Origin: Acidobacteriota bacterium
Lineage (GTDB): Bacteria; Acidobacteriota; Thermoanaerobaculia; Multivoradales; UBA5704
Assembly (NCBI GenBank): GCA_040005235.1
Contig: JBDTZG010000010.1
Span: 58,292 to 122,291 of the forward strand
DNA: 64,000 bases
Direction of reading: 5' to 3'
Under the pieces are notes generated by a model. The model saw only the letters and a program-made list of their open reading frames with translations. It searched no databases and was not told the DNA's origin. The translations under genes and the position numbers were made by a program. Numbering within the stretch: position 1 is the first letter of the stretch; every line of letters begins with the position of its first letter. Positions 38,820 to 47,987 of the stretch are shown one piece after another.

Positions 38820-39929
38820 ATGATTCGACGCCCTCTTCTCCTCCTCTTCCTTCCCGTAGCGCTCGCCGGTCAGATCGCCTGCTCGCGCGGCGCGGAGACC
38901 CCCGGCGCCGCCCCGGCCGCGGGCAACGCTCCGGCCGCCGGGAATCCCGCTTCGACCGACCCCTCCAAATCCGCGACGGCCACCCCCGGAACGACCGCTC
39001 CGGGCGAGGCGGCGAAGCCGCAACCACGGGTCGATCCCACCAAGTTCCCGGATGTCGTGGCTCGCGTCGGCAGCGATACGATCACCCGGTCGGACCTTTT
39101 GAACGCCTCCCAACAGTTGGTTGCCCAGAGCGTGCAGGGGGGATCGCCGCCCCCCGCGCCGACGCTGCCGTTCTTCAAAGAGGTGCTCGACAATCTGGTC
39201 GTGCGCCAGCTGCTCTACATCGACGCCAGGGCTCAGAAGCTGACCGCGAGCGACGCCGATGTGAACCGCCGGATCGCCGAGATCAGAAAGCACTTTCCCG
39301 ACGCCAAGAAGTTCTCCGAGGCGCTCGCCACCCAAGGCATTACCGAAAAGGCTCTCGCGGACAACGCGCGGACCATCCTCTCGGTCGATCGGTACGTCGC
39401 CGAAAAGTTCGCCTCGACCGTGCAGGTCTCCGAGGCCGACGTGCGAAACTTCTATGACACCCACCCGGACGAGATGAAGGTCGCGGAGCGGCGCCGGGTG
39501 CGGCACATTCTGATCCGCCCTGAAGGACAGGACCAAGCGGCCAAGGACAAGGCGAAGAAACTCACCGAGGATCTCCTCGCGCGGATCAAGAAGGGCGAGG
39601 ATTTCGCCACCGTCGCGGGCCAGTATTCGACCGATCCCGGCTCCAAAGGCAACGGCGGCGAGCTGCCGCCTTTCGCCAAGGGCGAGATGGTGCCGCCGTT
39701 CGAGCAGGCGGCCTGGGCGCTCGGCAAAGGGCAGCTTTCCGGCGTGGTCGAAAGCCCGTTCGGCTTTCACATCATCCAGATGATCGACGTCGTGCCGTCG
39801 AGCACGGTGCCGTACGAGCAGGTGAAGGGACGCATCGAGCAGTTTCTGCGCCAGCGCGACATCAAGGTCGCCGTGCACAAGCAAGCTGAAGAGCTGCGGG
39901 CGAAGACCAAAATCGAAGTGATGATCTAG
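38820..39929 (+). CDS. Parvulin-type peptidyl-prolyl isomerase lipoprotein (SurA/PrsA-like)
   Basis: Lipobox-like QIAC; VRHILI, FATVAGQYSTDPGS..NGGEL, MVPPFE, SPFGFHII. Confidence 0.92.
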   Translation: MIRRPLLLLFLPVALAGQIACSRGAETPGAAPAAGNAPAAGNPASTDPSKSATATPGTTAPGEAAKPQPRVDPTKFPDVVARVGSDTITRSDLLNASQQLVAQSVQGGSPPPAPTLPFFKEVLDNLVVRQLLYIDARAQKLTASDADVNRRIAEIRKHFPDAKKFSEALATQGITEKALADNARTILSVDRYVAEKFASTVQVSEADVRNFYDTHPDEMKVAERRRVRHILIRPEGQDQAAKDKAKKLTEDLLARIKKGEDFATVAGQYSTDPGSKGNGGELPPFAKGEMVPPFEQAAWALGKGQLSGVVESPFGFHIIQMIDVVPSSTVPYEQVKGRIEQFLRQRDIKVAVHKQAEELRAKTKIEVMI

Positions 39930-39950
39930 GAAAACTTGAGGGATTTCGCG

Positions 39951-40559
39951 ATGGATCGGCAACAGGCCTGGCAGTTGATCGTCGAAAACGTCCAGGCCGC
40001 CGGCCTGCGCCGCCACATGCTGGCGGTCGAAGCGGCGGTCAGGGGCTATGCGGAGCGCCTCGGCGAGGACCCTGAAATCTGGGGCCTCGCCGGCCTGCTC
40101 CACGACTGGGACTGGGAGATCCACCCGACGCTCGAAGGGCATCCGAAGGACGGCGCGCCGATCCTTCGCGAGCGGGGATGCGACGAAAACGTCGTGCGCG
40201 CGATCCTGTCGCACAACACCGAAGGCACCGGCGTCGAGCGCGAACGGCCGCTCGATTTCGCGTTGCTCGCCTCTGACGAGATCACCGGGCTGATCCTCGC
40301 CTCGGCGCTCGTCCGGCCGAGCAAAGACGTGCGCGAGGTCGAGGTCAAGTCGATCAAGAAGCGGTGGAAGGAGAAGACCTTCGCCGCCGGGGTCGATCGC
40401 GATCACGTCGAGGCCGTGACCGCCGACTTTTCCCGCGTCTGCTTCGAGGGCCAGCTCGACCTCTGGACCCACGTCGGCAACGTCCTGGAGTCGATGAAAG
40501 GCGTGGCCGCCGAGCTGGAGCTGGACGGGCGGCTGGCGAACCCGGCGCCTGCGGGTTAA
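39951..40559 (+). CDS. HD (HDIG) domain hydrolase
   Basis: RHMLAVE, GLLHDWD, ILSH, DEITG, KKRWKEKTFAAGVDR. Confidence 0.88.
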   Translation: MDRQQAWQLIVENVQAAGLRRHMLAVEAAVRGYAERLGEDPEIWGLAGLLHDWDWEIHPTLEGHPKDGAPILRERGCDENVVRAILSHNTEGTGVERERPLDFALLASDEITGLILASALVRPSKDVREVEVKSIKKRWKEKTFAAGVDRDHVEAVTADFSRVCFEGQLDLWTHVGNVLESMKGVAAELELDGRLANPAPAG

Positions 40560-41653
40560 GGGCAGGGAAACGCCAGCCGGTCGCGCAGGCCGAACGGGGC
40601 CGCGCCGGGAGGTTTGCGGTAGCGCTTCTCGGTGCCGGCTATCTCGTCGCGGACCGTGATCTCCGCCTCCAGATCGCTCGTCACCGCTCCATAGACCCAC
40701 ATCTTGCCGTTGGCTGTGCAGCCGTCCTGGACCTTCACCAGCACCGCCCAGTTGTCGGGCAAGATCAGCGAGAACAGGCTGGACGTCGCTGAAGTCGGCC
40801 CTGCGAGCAGCCCCGGGCCGGACTCGCCGTTCCCTTTCTTCCAGGTCGTCTCGACCGAATAGCGGCCGTTCCTCAGGCAGGCGCGGCTAGTCGACGGGAC
40901 GCAGGCGGGCGGCGGTGGCGGCGGAGGCGGCTCATCCGGATAGCGCTCGCCGACCAGGAAGCGGAAACCGTCGGGCAGCGTCGTGTCCGGCCAAGTCGAA
41001 TGGCCGAACCCTTCGCGGATCTCCTCTTCCCAGGGGATGGCTAGCGCCTGCCATTGCGCCTTGAGCGCGGCGTAGGAGCCCCCCGTATAGTTGGGATCGG
41101 TGGTGCCGTAATACATCCGGATCGGCGCCTTCCAGAGCGGATCGGCGACCGAGGCGACGACGCGGCTCGGGCTCGAGAGGGAAAACACCGCGGAAAAGCC
41201 GAGCACCTTGGTGTAGGCGAGCAGGATCGCGTAGGCGCCGCCGGCCGAATGCCCGGCGACCGCGATCCGGTGAGGGTCGAGCTGGATCTCCTCCCCCACC
41301 AGGCGGAGCGACTCGGCGACCGTCTGGTCATCCACCGCCGATTCCCAGCCGATGTTGCGCTCGGACTTGGGCAGGATCACAACCGCCCGAGCCGCTTCGG
41401 CCGCCGGGATGATGAACGGCTTGTAGCCTTCCGGCTGACCGCCTGCGCCGTGGAAGAAGAGGATCGCCGGAGCCGGATGATCGCGATCGAAGCTCGCCGG
41501 CAGGTAGCGCCAGAGGTACGAACCGGTCGCGGGGATCGTAAACTTCCGCCAGCCGGGGCTGCTCGCGGTGATCGCGGCTTCGCCGCTCCGTGCGGAGAAC
41601 AAAAGCACGAACAGAGCCAGCAGTGCGGCGGGACGGATACGGAGTGAGCTCAT
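40556..41653 (-). CDS. Secreted esterase (PHB-depolymerase/alpha-beta hydrolase) with a C-terminal Cys-containing domain
   Basis: Signal peptide, FFHGAGG, GHSAGG, GTTD, GFGH; Pro linker then CVPSTSRACLRNGRYSVE...KVQDGC..NG.MWV. Confidence 0.85.
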   Translation of the reverse strand: MSSLRIRPAALLALFVLLFSARSGEAAITASSPGWRKFTIPATGSYLWRYLPASFDRDHPAPAILFFHGAGGQPEGYKPFIIPAAEAARAVVILPKSERNIGWESAVDDQTVAESLRLVGEEIQLDPHRIAVAGHSAGGAYAILLAYTKVLGFSAVFSLSSPSRVVASVADPLWKAPIRMYYGTTDPNYTGGSYAALKAQWQALAIPWEEEIREGFGHSTWPDTTLPDGFRFLVGERYPDEPPPPPPPPACVPSTSRACLRNGRYSVETTWKKGNGESGPGLLAGPTSATSSLFSLILPDNWAVLVKVQDGCTANGKMWVYGAVTSDLEAEITVRDEIAGTEKRYRKPPGAAPFGLRDRLAFPCP

Positions 41654-41770
41654 TGAGGAATTGTACTCCCGGCCTTGTGTTACCTTCTCTTACCGGCCGC
41701 CAAGGCCCTTGCCGGTTCTTGATTAGCGGCACCCGTAGGCGCCCGATAACTCTTCTGGTGACTTCAACCG

Positions 41771-42337
41771 ATGAATCCCCCTGAATATGCCACCCTGAGC
41801 CGCGACGTGCGCGGCGTCCGCATCCCGGAAGGGATGCCCTCGATTCTCACCGCCGGCCAGCGGGTGCGGATCACCCAGTCGCTAGGCGGCTCCTACACCG
41901 TGGTCACCGACCGCGGCGAGATGATCCGCCTCGAAGACCGCGACGCCGACTCGATCGGCCGTGAGGTGCTCGGCCTCTCCGCCGCCGCCGAGACCGGAAC
42001 GCTCGAAGAGCGGGTCTGGGCGCAGCTTAAAACCTGCTTCGACCCGGAGATTCCGGTGAACGTCGTCGATCTCGGCTTGATTTACAGCTGCGACCTGACG
42101 GCGGCGGAAAGCACCGACGCCGTCTTCCCGGAAACACCCCCAGCGACCGACGTGCGGGTTCTAATGACGCTCACCGCCCCCGGGTGCGGCATGGGACCGG
42201 TGCTCGCCGACGACGTGAAGAAGAAGATCGAGGCGTTGCCAGGCGTCGGATCGGTCGGTGTCGAAGTGGTCTGGGATCCCCCTTGGAACCAAGGCATGAT
42301 GACCGAGGCGGCTCGCCTGCAGCTCGGGATGTTCTGA
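41771..42337 (+). CDS. sufT: Fe-S cluster assembly protein SufT (DUF59)
   Basis: ITQSLGGSYTV, CFDPEIPVNVVDLGLIY, MTLTAPGCGMG, VWDPPW, EAARLQLG. Confidence 0.93.
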   Translation: MNPPEYATLSRDVRGVRIPEGMPSILTAGQRVRITQSLGGSYTVVTDRGEMIRLEDRDADSIGREVLGLSAAAETGTLEERVWAQLKTCFDPEIPVNVVDLGLIYSCDLTAAESTDAVFPETPPATDVRVLMTLTAPGCGMGPVLADDVKKKIEALPGVGSVGVEVVWDPPWNQGMMTEAARLQLGMF

Positions 42338-42339
42338 CG

Positions 42340-44058
42340 ATGGCGGAAAACAGCTCGATCTCTTCCATCCCGACCTCGACGCGCGACCGTCTCGACTATC
42401 TGCTCGACCACCAGCCGCACTGCGACCTCTATCTTTCGCAGATCGCGGCCCCCCGCGGCAAGACGGTCCTGGTGGCCGGCTCCGGCGCGGGAACCGAAAT
42501 GCTCTGGTGCCTTCGCCACGGCGCGCGGGAGGTCGTGGGCATCGATCTTCTCCCCCAGGATCCGGAGGCGTTGCGCCTGGCGGTCGAGCAACTCGGCCTC
42601 CCCTCGGCAGCCAGGTGGGAAATCCGGCAGCTCGGGGTGGAAGACGCTCCTTCCCTCGGCCGCACGTTCGACCTCGTGCTGTCGAACAACGTCGTCGAGC
42701 ACGTGGACGACATTGACGCCACGCTCCGCGCCTGCGCCGCGATGATCGCGCCGACCACCGGGCGGATCGCGATCTTCACCGATCCGCTCTACTACTCCTC
42801 GACCGGCTCGCACCGCCCGCATCCCCCCTGGCAGCACCTGATCGATACCGATCTGCTCGCCCCGCAGGAGGAGATCCCGCTTAACCGGATGCTTCTGGCG
42901 GATTTCCTCTCTGCGGCGCGCGGGGCCGATCTAGCGATCCTCCATCTCTCGCTGATTCCCGACCGCGCCTTGGCCGAGCTGCCCGGCCGGCTGGACGCGT
43001 TGCGCGCCGCTCCCGGCGCCGAGACCATCGCGGCCTCCGATCTGGCGCTCGAAGGGATCGCGGTCGAGTTGGCCCGGATCGCGCCGAGCGGCTCGGAAAA
43101 CAGCGTGCCGATCGGTTCCGTCCACGCCACCCGCGAATACCTAGCGCAGCTCCATGCGGGCCGCATCTCTCTGGTCTCGGTCCTGGGAGACAACGACACG
43201 CCGCTCGCCGTGGCCCCGCCGCTTCGGGTCGATCCCGACGGCGAGCCGCTGGCGCTCCGCTTCGAGCTGCCGCCGATCGCCGGAGCGCGTTCGCTCCGCT
43301 GGGCACCGCTCCACAGCCGCTTCGTCCGGATCTGGCTGACCGAAGTGGAGTGGGACGACGCCGAGGGCAAAGCCCACCGCATCGAGCCGGCCGCCCTGCG
43401 AACCAATGGCTCGATCGGTCCCGACGGATCGATCCGCTTCGCGACCCTGTCGCCGTGGATCTCGTTCGACCTGGCCCCCGGCGCGCGGCCCGCCCGCCTG
43501 CGCCTCGCCGGTGCCTGGAAAGTCGCCGCCCAGGAGGCGGCGCTCGCCGAGCTGGAAGCCCGGCTCGACGCCCGGCTCGGTCGGATCTCGCGGCTGTACC
43601 TCGACACCGGCCGCGGCTTCTCCGAGCAGGAAGCGGTCGCCGAGCGGATCGATCCTTCCGCCGCCCGGATTGCCCTGCGGTTTCAGTTGCCCGCGCCGGT
43701 CGCGGCGAAACGGCTGCGTTGGGACCCGACCGAGGGGCAGTTCGCGATCGTCCGCATCGAGACCGTCTTTGCCGAGCGCACCTCGGGCGCCAGAGTGCCG
43801 CTCAATGCGGCCTCGGCCGAGACCAACGGCACGCGGCTCCCCGACGGGGCGATCGCCTTCGACACCCTCGATCCCTGGATGATCTTTCCCGCCTCCGGCG
43901 AAGTCGCCGCGTTCGAGGTGCGGGGCAGCTGGCAGGTGCCCGATACGGGATCCCGCATCGACGAGATCCGCACGGAGCTGGCCGCCCTCCGCCAATCGCG
44001 GAGCTACCGCATCGGCCGTACGCTCACCGCGCCGCTGCGCTGGTTCCGACGAGGCTAG
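42340..44058 (+). CDS. Class I SAM methyltransferase with duplicated accessory domain and amphipathic C-terminus (surface-glycan associated)
   Basis: VLVAGSGAG, FDLVLSNNVVEHV; two LRF.LP...LRW.P...TNG...DG.I.F.TL.PW repeats; SRSYRIGRTLTAPLRW tail. Confidence 0.75.
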   Translation: MAENSSISSIPTSTRDRLDYLLDHQPHCDLYLSQIAAPRGKTVLVAGSGAGTEMLWCLRHGAREVVGIDLLPQDPEALRLAVEQLGLPSAARWEIRQLGVEDAPSLGRTFDLVLSNNVVEHVDDIDATLRACAAMIAPTTGRIAIFTDPLYYSSTGSHRPHPPWQHLIDTDLLAPQEEIPLNRMLLADFLSAARGADLAILHLSLIPDRALAELPGRLDALRAAPGAETIAASDLALEGIAVELARIAPSGSENSVPIGSVHATREYLAQLHAGRISLVSVLGDNDTPLAVAPPLRVDPDGEPLALRFELPPIAGARSLRWAPLHSRFVRIWLTEVEWDDAEGKAHRIEPAALRTNGSIGPDGSIRFATLSPWISFDLAPGARPARLRLAGAWKVAAQEAALAELEARLDARLGRISRLYLDTGRGFSEQEAVAERIDPSAARIALRFQLPAPVAAKRLRWDPTEGQFAIVRIETVFAERTSGARVPLNAASAETNGTRLPDGAIAFDTLDPWMIFPASGEVAAFEVRGSWQVPDTGSRIDEIRTELAALRQSRSYRIGRTLTAPLRWFRRG

Positions 44059-44060
44059 GC

Positions 44061-45533
44061 ATGCCATCGTCAACGTGCCCTTCGAACCCTTCGCCCCCTT
44101 CGAACCCTCCAAACGCCACGACTCGGCGCGAATTCCTGCGCGGCTCGCTCGCGGGGCTGGTGGCGCTTCCCGCCTTCTACCAAACCGCAGATCTGTTCGC
44201 CGCCTCGCCTCCCACGCCTGCCGCGGACGTTCATTACTTTTTGCGCGACGAGGCCGGGTATGCCGAACACCGCCAGATCTTCAACCGGCGAATCGTGGCG
44301 GCCCCGAAAGTAGTCGCCGTTTGCCTCAACGAGAAGGGAGTTCAGGCTGCTGTCGCCTATGCGCGGAAGGCCAACTTCCCCATCGCCGTCAAGAGCGGCG
44401 GCCACTGCTTCGAAGGGTTCTCGACCAACGACGGCGGGCTTATGGTCGATCTGTCGGGGATGAACGTCCCGAAGTACGATTCTTCGACCCACCGCCTGAC
44501 GATCCAACCGGGCGCGAATCTCGGTGCGGTCTACGACTTCCTCGCCCCTCGCGGACGGCTGATCCCGGCCGGCTCTTGCGCCGGAGTGGGCGTCGCGGGT
44601 TTGACGCTCGGCGGCGGCTACGGCTTCTGGAGCCGCCAGTACGGCCTCACCTGCGACAGCTTGAAGCGTGTTCGCCTGGTCGACGGCAAGGGCATCCTCC
44701 ACGATTCGAACGACGAACCCGAGCTGCTCTGGGCCTGCCGAGGCGGCGGCAACGGCAGTTTCGGCATCGTCACCCAATTCGAATTCGACACCCACCCCGC
44801 GCCCGCTCATTTCATCTCCTACCGCTTCAAATACAAGAACCTCACGCCCGCCGCCGCGACCCAACTTGGCAAACGCTGGTTCGGTTTGATGGCGACGCTG
44901 CCCAACAGCGCCTATTCCTCCTGGGTACTGAATGGCAAGCACCTCACCATTCTGCTCACCGACACCCATCTCGATCCCCCGCCAACCCTAAAGTCGATCC
45001 TCAGCGAGCTGAAAACCGGAACCACCGAAGCGGCGCCGCCGCGTAAGGACACGTTCGCCCTCGGGATCAAACGCTATAAAGGCGGCACCGCGCCGATCTA
45101 CTTCAAGAACGTCTCCGCCGGCTACTACCGCGGCTTCGCCGATCTGGAAAAGATCCTCCCGACGATCTGCGAGAAGGTGGGGTCGTCGAAAGTCACCACG
45201 CTGCTCCAGATCAACACCCTCGGCGGAGCGATCGACAACCCGGCGCTCGAAAGCACGGCCGCCTATCCTCATAGAAACTTCGGCTTCCTCGGCGAATTCC
45301 AGACCTACTACGATCGGCCCGCCCAAGAGAACGGCGCGGTCGCCGTCGTCCGCGACATCCAAGCTCTGCTGGCCCAAAACGGCATCAAGGCGCATTACGC
45401 CAACTATCCCGACATTGATCTACCGAACTGGCAAACGGCCTACTACGGCGGCAACTACCCTCGCCTGCAAAAGCTAAAGCGGGAGCTGGATCCGGACGAT
45501 CAGATTCGCCACCCGCAGAGCGTGCGGGCGTAG
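44061..45533 (+). CDS. Tat-exported FAD-linked oxidase (berberine-bridge-enzyme family)
   Basis: TRREFL; KSGGHCFEG; GLTLGGGYG; RGGGNGSFGIVT; YANYPD...YYGGNYPRLQKLKRELDP. Confidence 0.9.
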   Translation: MPSSTCPSNPSPPSNPPNATTRREFLRGSLAGLVALPAFYQTADLFAASPPTPAADVHYFLRDEAGYAEHRQIFNRRIVAAPKVVAVCLNEKGVQAAVAYARKANFPIAVKSGGHCFEGFSTNDGGLMVDLSGMNVPKYDSSTHRLTIQPGANLGAVYDFLAPRGRLIPAGSCAGVGVAGLTLGGGYGFWSRQYGLTCDSLKRVRLVDGKGILHDSNDEPELLWACRGGGNGSFGIVTQFEFDTHPAPAHFISYRFKYKNLTPAAATQLGKRWFGLMATLPNSAYSSWVLNGKHLTILLTDTHLDPPPTLKSILSELKTGTTEAAPPRKDTFALGIKRYKGGTAPIYFKNVSAGYYRGFADLEKILPTICEKVGSSKVTTLLQINTLGGAIDNPALESTAAYPHRNFGFLGEFQTYYDRPAQENGAVAVVRDIQALLAQNGIKAHYANYPDIDLPNWQTAYYGGNYPRLQKLKRELDPDDQIRHPQSVRA

Positions 45534-45565
45534 GGGCTTCGCTGAGACAAGTCCCGAATCCCTTC

Positions 45566-46267
45566 ATGAACGATCAGCCGCCCCTCCCCCCAGGACAGCG
45601 AGAAACCGAGAGCTTCCCGCGTTTCGGCTTGACCCCGTTCGCGCGGCGTTTTCCGACCGAGACGGGGCGGATCGCGATTCCAATCGTCGGCGATATCCGC
45701 CAGCCAATAACCGTCGAAACAGAGTTGGACCGCCTCCCCCGAGTAGAGCAACCATCGGACTTTCATTGCGTGACCACCTGGACCCATCGGGCGCTCCGGT
45801 GGAGCGGCTTTCGCTTCTCGGACTTCTACCACCAGATCTTGGTGCCGCTCGCCGAGCCTCACCCGGAGGTGAAGTTCGTGGTGCTCTATGGCCAGGACGG
45901 CTACCGTTCGATCCTGCCTCTCGAAGACATGCTCGCGCCGGACGTGCTGCTCGCGGATCGCCTGGACGATCGACAGCTCTCGATCGCCCACGGCGCACCG
46001 CTGCGCCTGGTGGCTCCCGCCCACTACGGCTACAAGAGCGTCAAGCACGTCCACCGCATCGGGATCCTGCGAAGCGCCGCCGACTTTCGCCCGATCCGTC
46101 TCCGTTTCCTGGTGCATCCGCGAGCGCGGGTCGCCCAGGAGGAGCGTGGCCAGTGGTTTCCAGGCTGGTTCCTGCGCTATCTCTATCGCCCGCTCATACG
46201 GCCGACGGCTTCGCTCTTTGAGCGCGCCTTACGGCGCCACCTGACGTCAACCGGCCGCGAGGAATAA
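45566..46267 (+). CDS. Molybdopterin-dependent oxidoreductase (sulfite oxidase/MsrP-like catalytic domain)
   Basis: LPPGQ, DFHCVTTW, HGAPLRLVAPAHYGYKSVK. Confidence 0.88.
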   Translation: MNDQPPLPPGQRETESFPRFGLTPFARRFPTETGRIAIPIVGDIRQPITVETELDRLPRVEQPSDFHCVTTWTHRALRWSGFRFSDFYHQILVPLAEPHPEVKFVVLYGQDGYRSILPLEDMLAPDVLLADRLDDRQLSIAHGAPLRLVAPAHYGYKSVKHVHRIGILRSAADFRPIRLRFLVHPRARVAQEERGQWFPGWFLRYLYRPLIRPTASLFERALRRHLTSTGREE

Positions 46268-46469
46268 CTGTAGGCACTGGAAGCTACGGGGAAGCCGAGG
46301 AGATGTTCGGCGAAATCGACGTAGAGGAATGGGACCAGTGCCAATGCAGCCAAATCCGCCGGCGCACGGTTAGAGTTGGACCAATCTGGAGTGAGCCGAT
46401 GAATGAGCGGACTAAAGCAGCAACGGTCGCGAATCGATGGCACGGCGAGTCCTATTCAAAGGTCGAATC

Positions 46470-47863
46470 ATGACCCCCGCCCAGATCGCTAAATGGGCCC
46501 TCGGCGGCGAGTCCTAGACGCTGGAACTCAAACGCACCACCGGTGAGCGTCGCGAGGGGACGCGAACGCTTTGCGCGATGCTGAATCACCGCGGCGGCCG
46601 GGTGCTCTTCGGAGTCGAGCCCGATGGCCGGGTCGTCGACCAACAGGTGAGCGATCACACTCTCGAAGAGGTCGCACAGGAGTTGCGCCTGATCGACCCG
46701 CCGACGTTTCCGAGCATCGAACGCGTACCGCTCGGAAACGGGCGCGAAGTGCTGGTCGTGAGTGTCTCCACAGGACAAGGTCGACCCTACAGCTATCGGG
46801 GGCAGGCGTATCGCCGGGTGGGCAATACCAGCCAGGCCTTGTCGCGTGACGAGTACAACCGCATGCTACTGGAGCGCCTGCACGGCGAGCACCGCTGGGA
46901 GAACGAACCAGCTACCGGCTGGAAGGCGGCGGATCTTAACGCCGTCGAGATTGGGCGGACGCTCGAAGAGGCGATCCGCCGCGGCCGCATTGAGGATCCG
47001 GGAACGCGGGAGCCGGAAGAGATCCTGCGCGGCTTAGGCCTGATAAAGCAGGGAGTGCTGCTACGGGCGGCTCTAGTCCTGTTCGGACGCTCGGAGCACC
47101 TAACTGCTGAGTTGCCGCAGTGCCTGCTGCGCGTCGCGCGCTTCGCCGGCACCGACAAAACGGAGTTTCGCGACAATCGACAGTTCCGCGGCAACGCGTT
47201 CGAGCTACTGCTCGCCGCGGAGCGCTTCCTCCTTGAACACGTGCCGGTCGCGGGTCGCGTCGTTCCGGGACGCATGGAACGCGTGGACGAGCCGCTTTAT
47301 CCGCCGGTTGCCTTACGCGAAGCGCTGGCCAATGCCTTCTGTCACCGCGATTACGCCCTCGGCGGCGGCTCGGTCGGCGTGGCGGTCTATGACGATCGAC
47401 TTGAGATCACCTCCTCGGGCAACCTGCACTTCGGGCTAACGCCCGAGGCTCTGTTCGGTCCGCATGAATCACTGCCCTGGAATCCCCTGATCGCCGGCGT
47501 CTTCTACCGACGCGGCATCATTGAGGCCTGGGGCGCGGGACGCTCAAGATGGCGGAACTGGCAGTCTCGGCCGGATTGCCGCGACCGGAGATCGAGGACG
47601 CGGGAGGATGCGTGACTGTGCGGTTCCGGCCAACGGGCTATGTGCCGCCGGAGAGGGTTGCGAAAAACCTGACCGAGCGGCAACGAAAAATTCTCGCGCG
47701 CGCCAGCTCGCGGGGCCTTGCGTTGCGGGAGATTCGGGCGGGCCTAGGGGAAGCGCAAGCCGAATGGGAAGTCAAAGACGACCTGGCTCTGCTCAAGCAA
47801 TTGGAGCTGGTCCAACCGCACGGGTATGGTCGCGGTGCCTCTTGGAGCCTTGCAAATCAATGA
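46470..47863 (+). pseudogene. AlbA_2 (Schlafen-like)-HATPase_c_4-wHTH protein with an internal stop and a frameshift
   Basis: MTPAQIAKWALGGES*TLELKRTTG (TAG 46515-46517); ALREALANAFCHRDY; a 1-nt deletion in the G-run at ~47530 breaks W-G-R-G-T-L-K-M. Confidence 0.85.
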
Positions 47864-47885
47864 CTTGCAGCATTCCAGGGGGCGG

Positions 47886-47938
47886 ACTCCAATTCTTACT
47901 CCAATTCCACTCCAATTCACTCCAATTCACTCCAATTC
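47886..47938 (+). repeat. Five near-tandem copies of ACTCCAATTC
   Basis: Copies start at 47886, 47898, 47909, 47919 and 47929. Confidence 0.95.
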
Positions 47939-47987
47939 CTGACTATCTCCTGCTCTTCCAGCTGCTCATTCTTGGCCTCCCACCACT

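Noticed and set aside
46515-46517. Pyrrolysine/amber recoding in the AlbA_2 gene
   Set aside because: The position corresponds to an ordinary Glu-like residue and the gene has a second, frameshift lesion; pseudogenisation is simpler.
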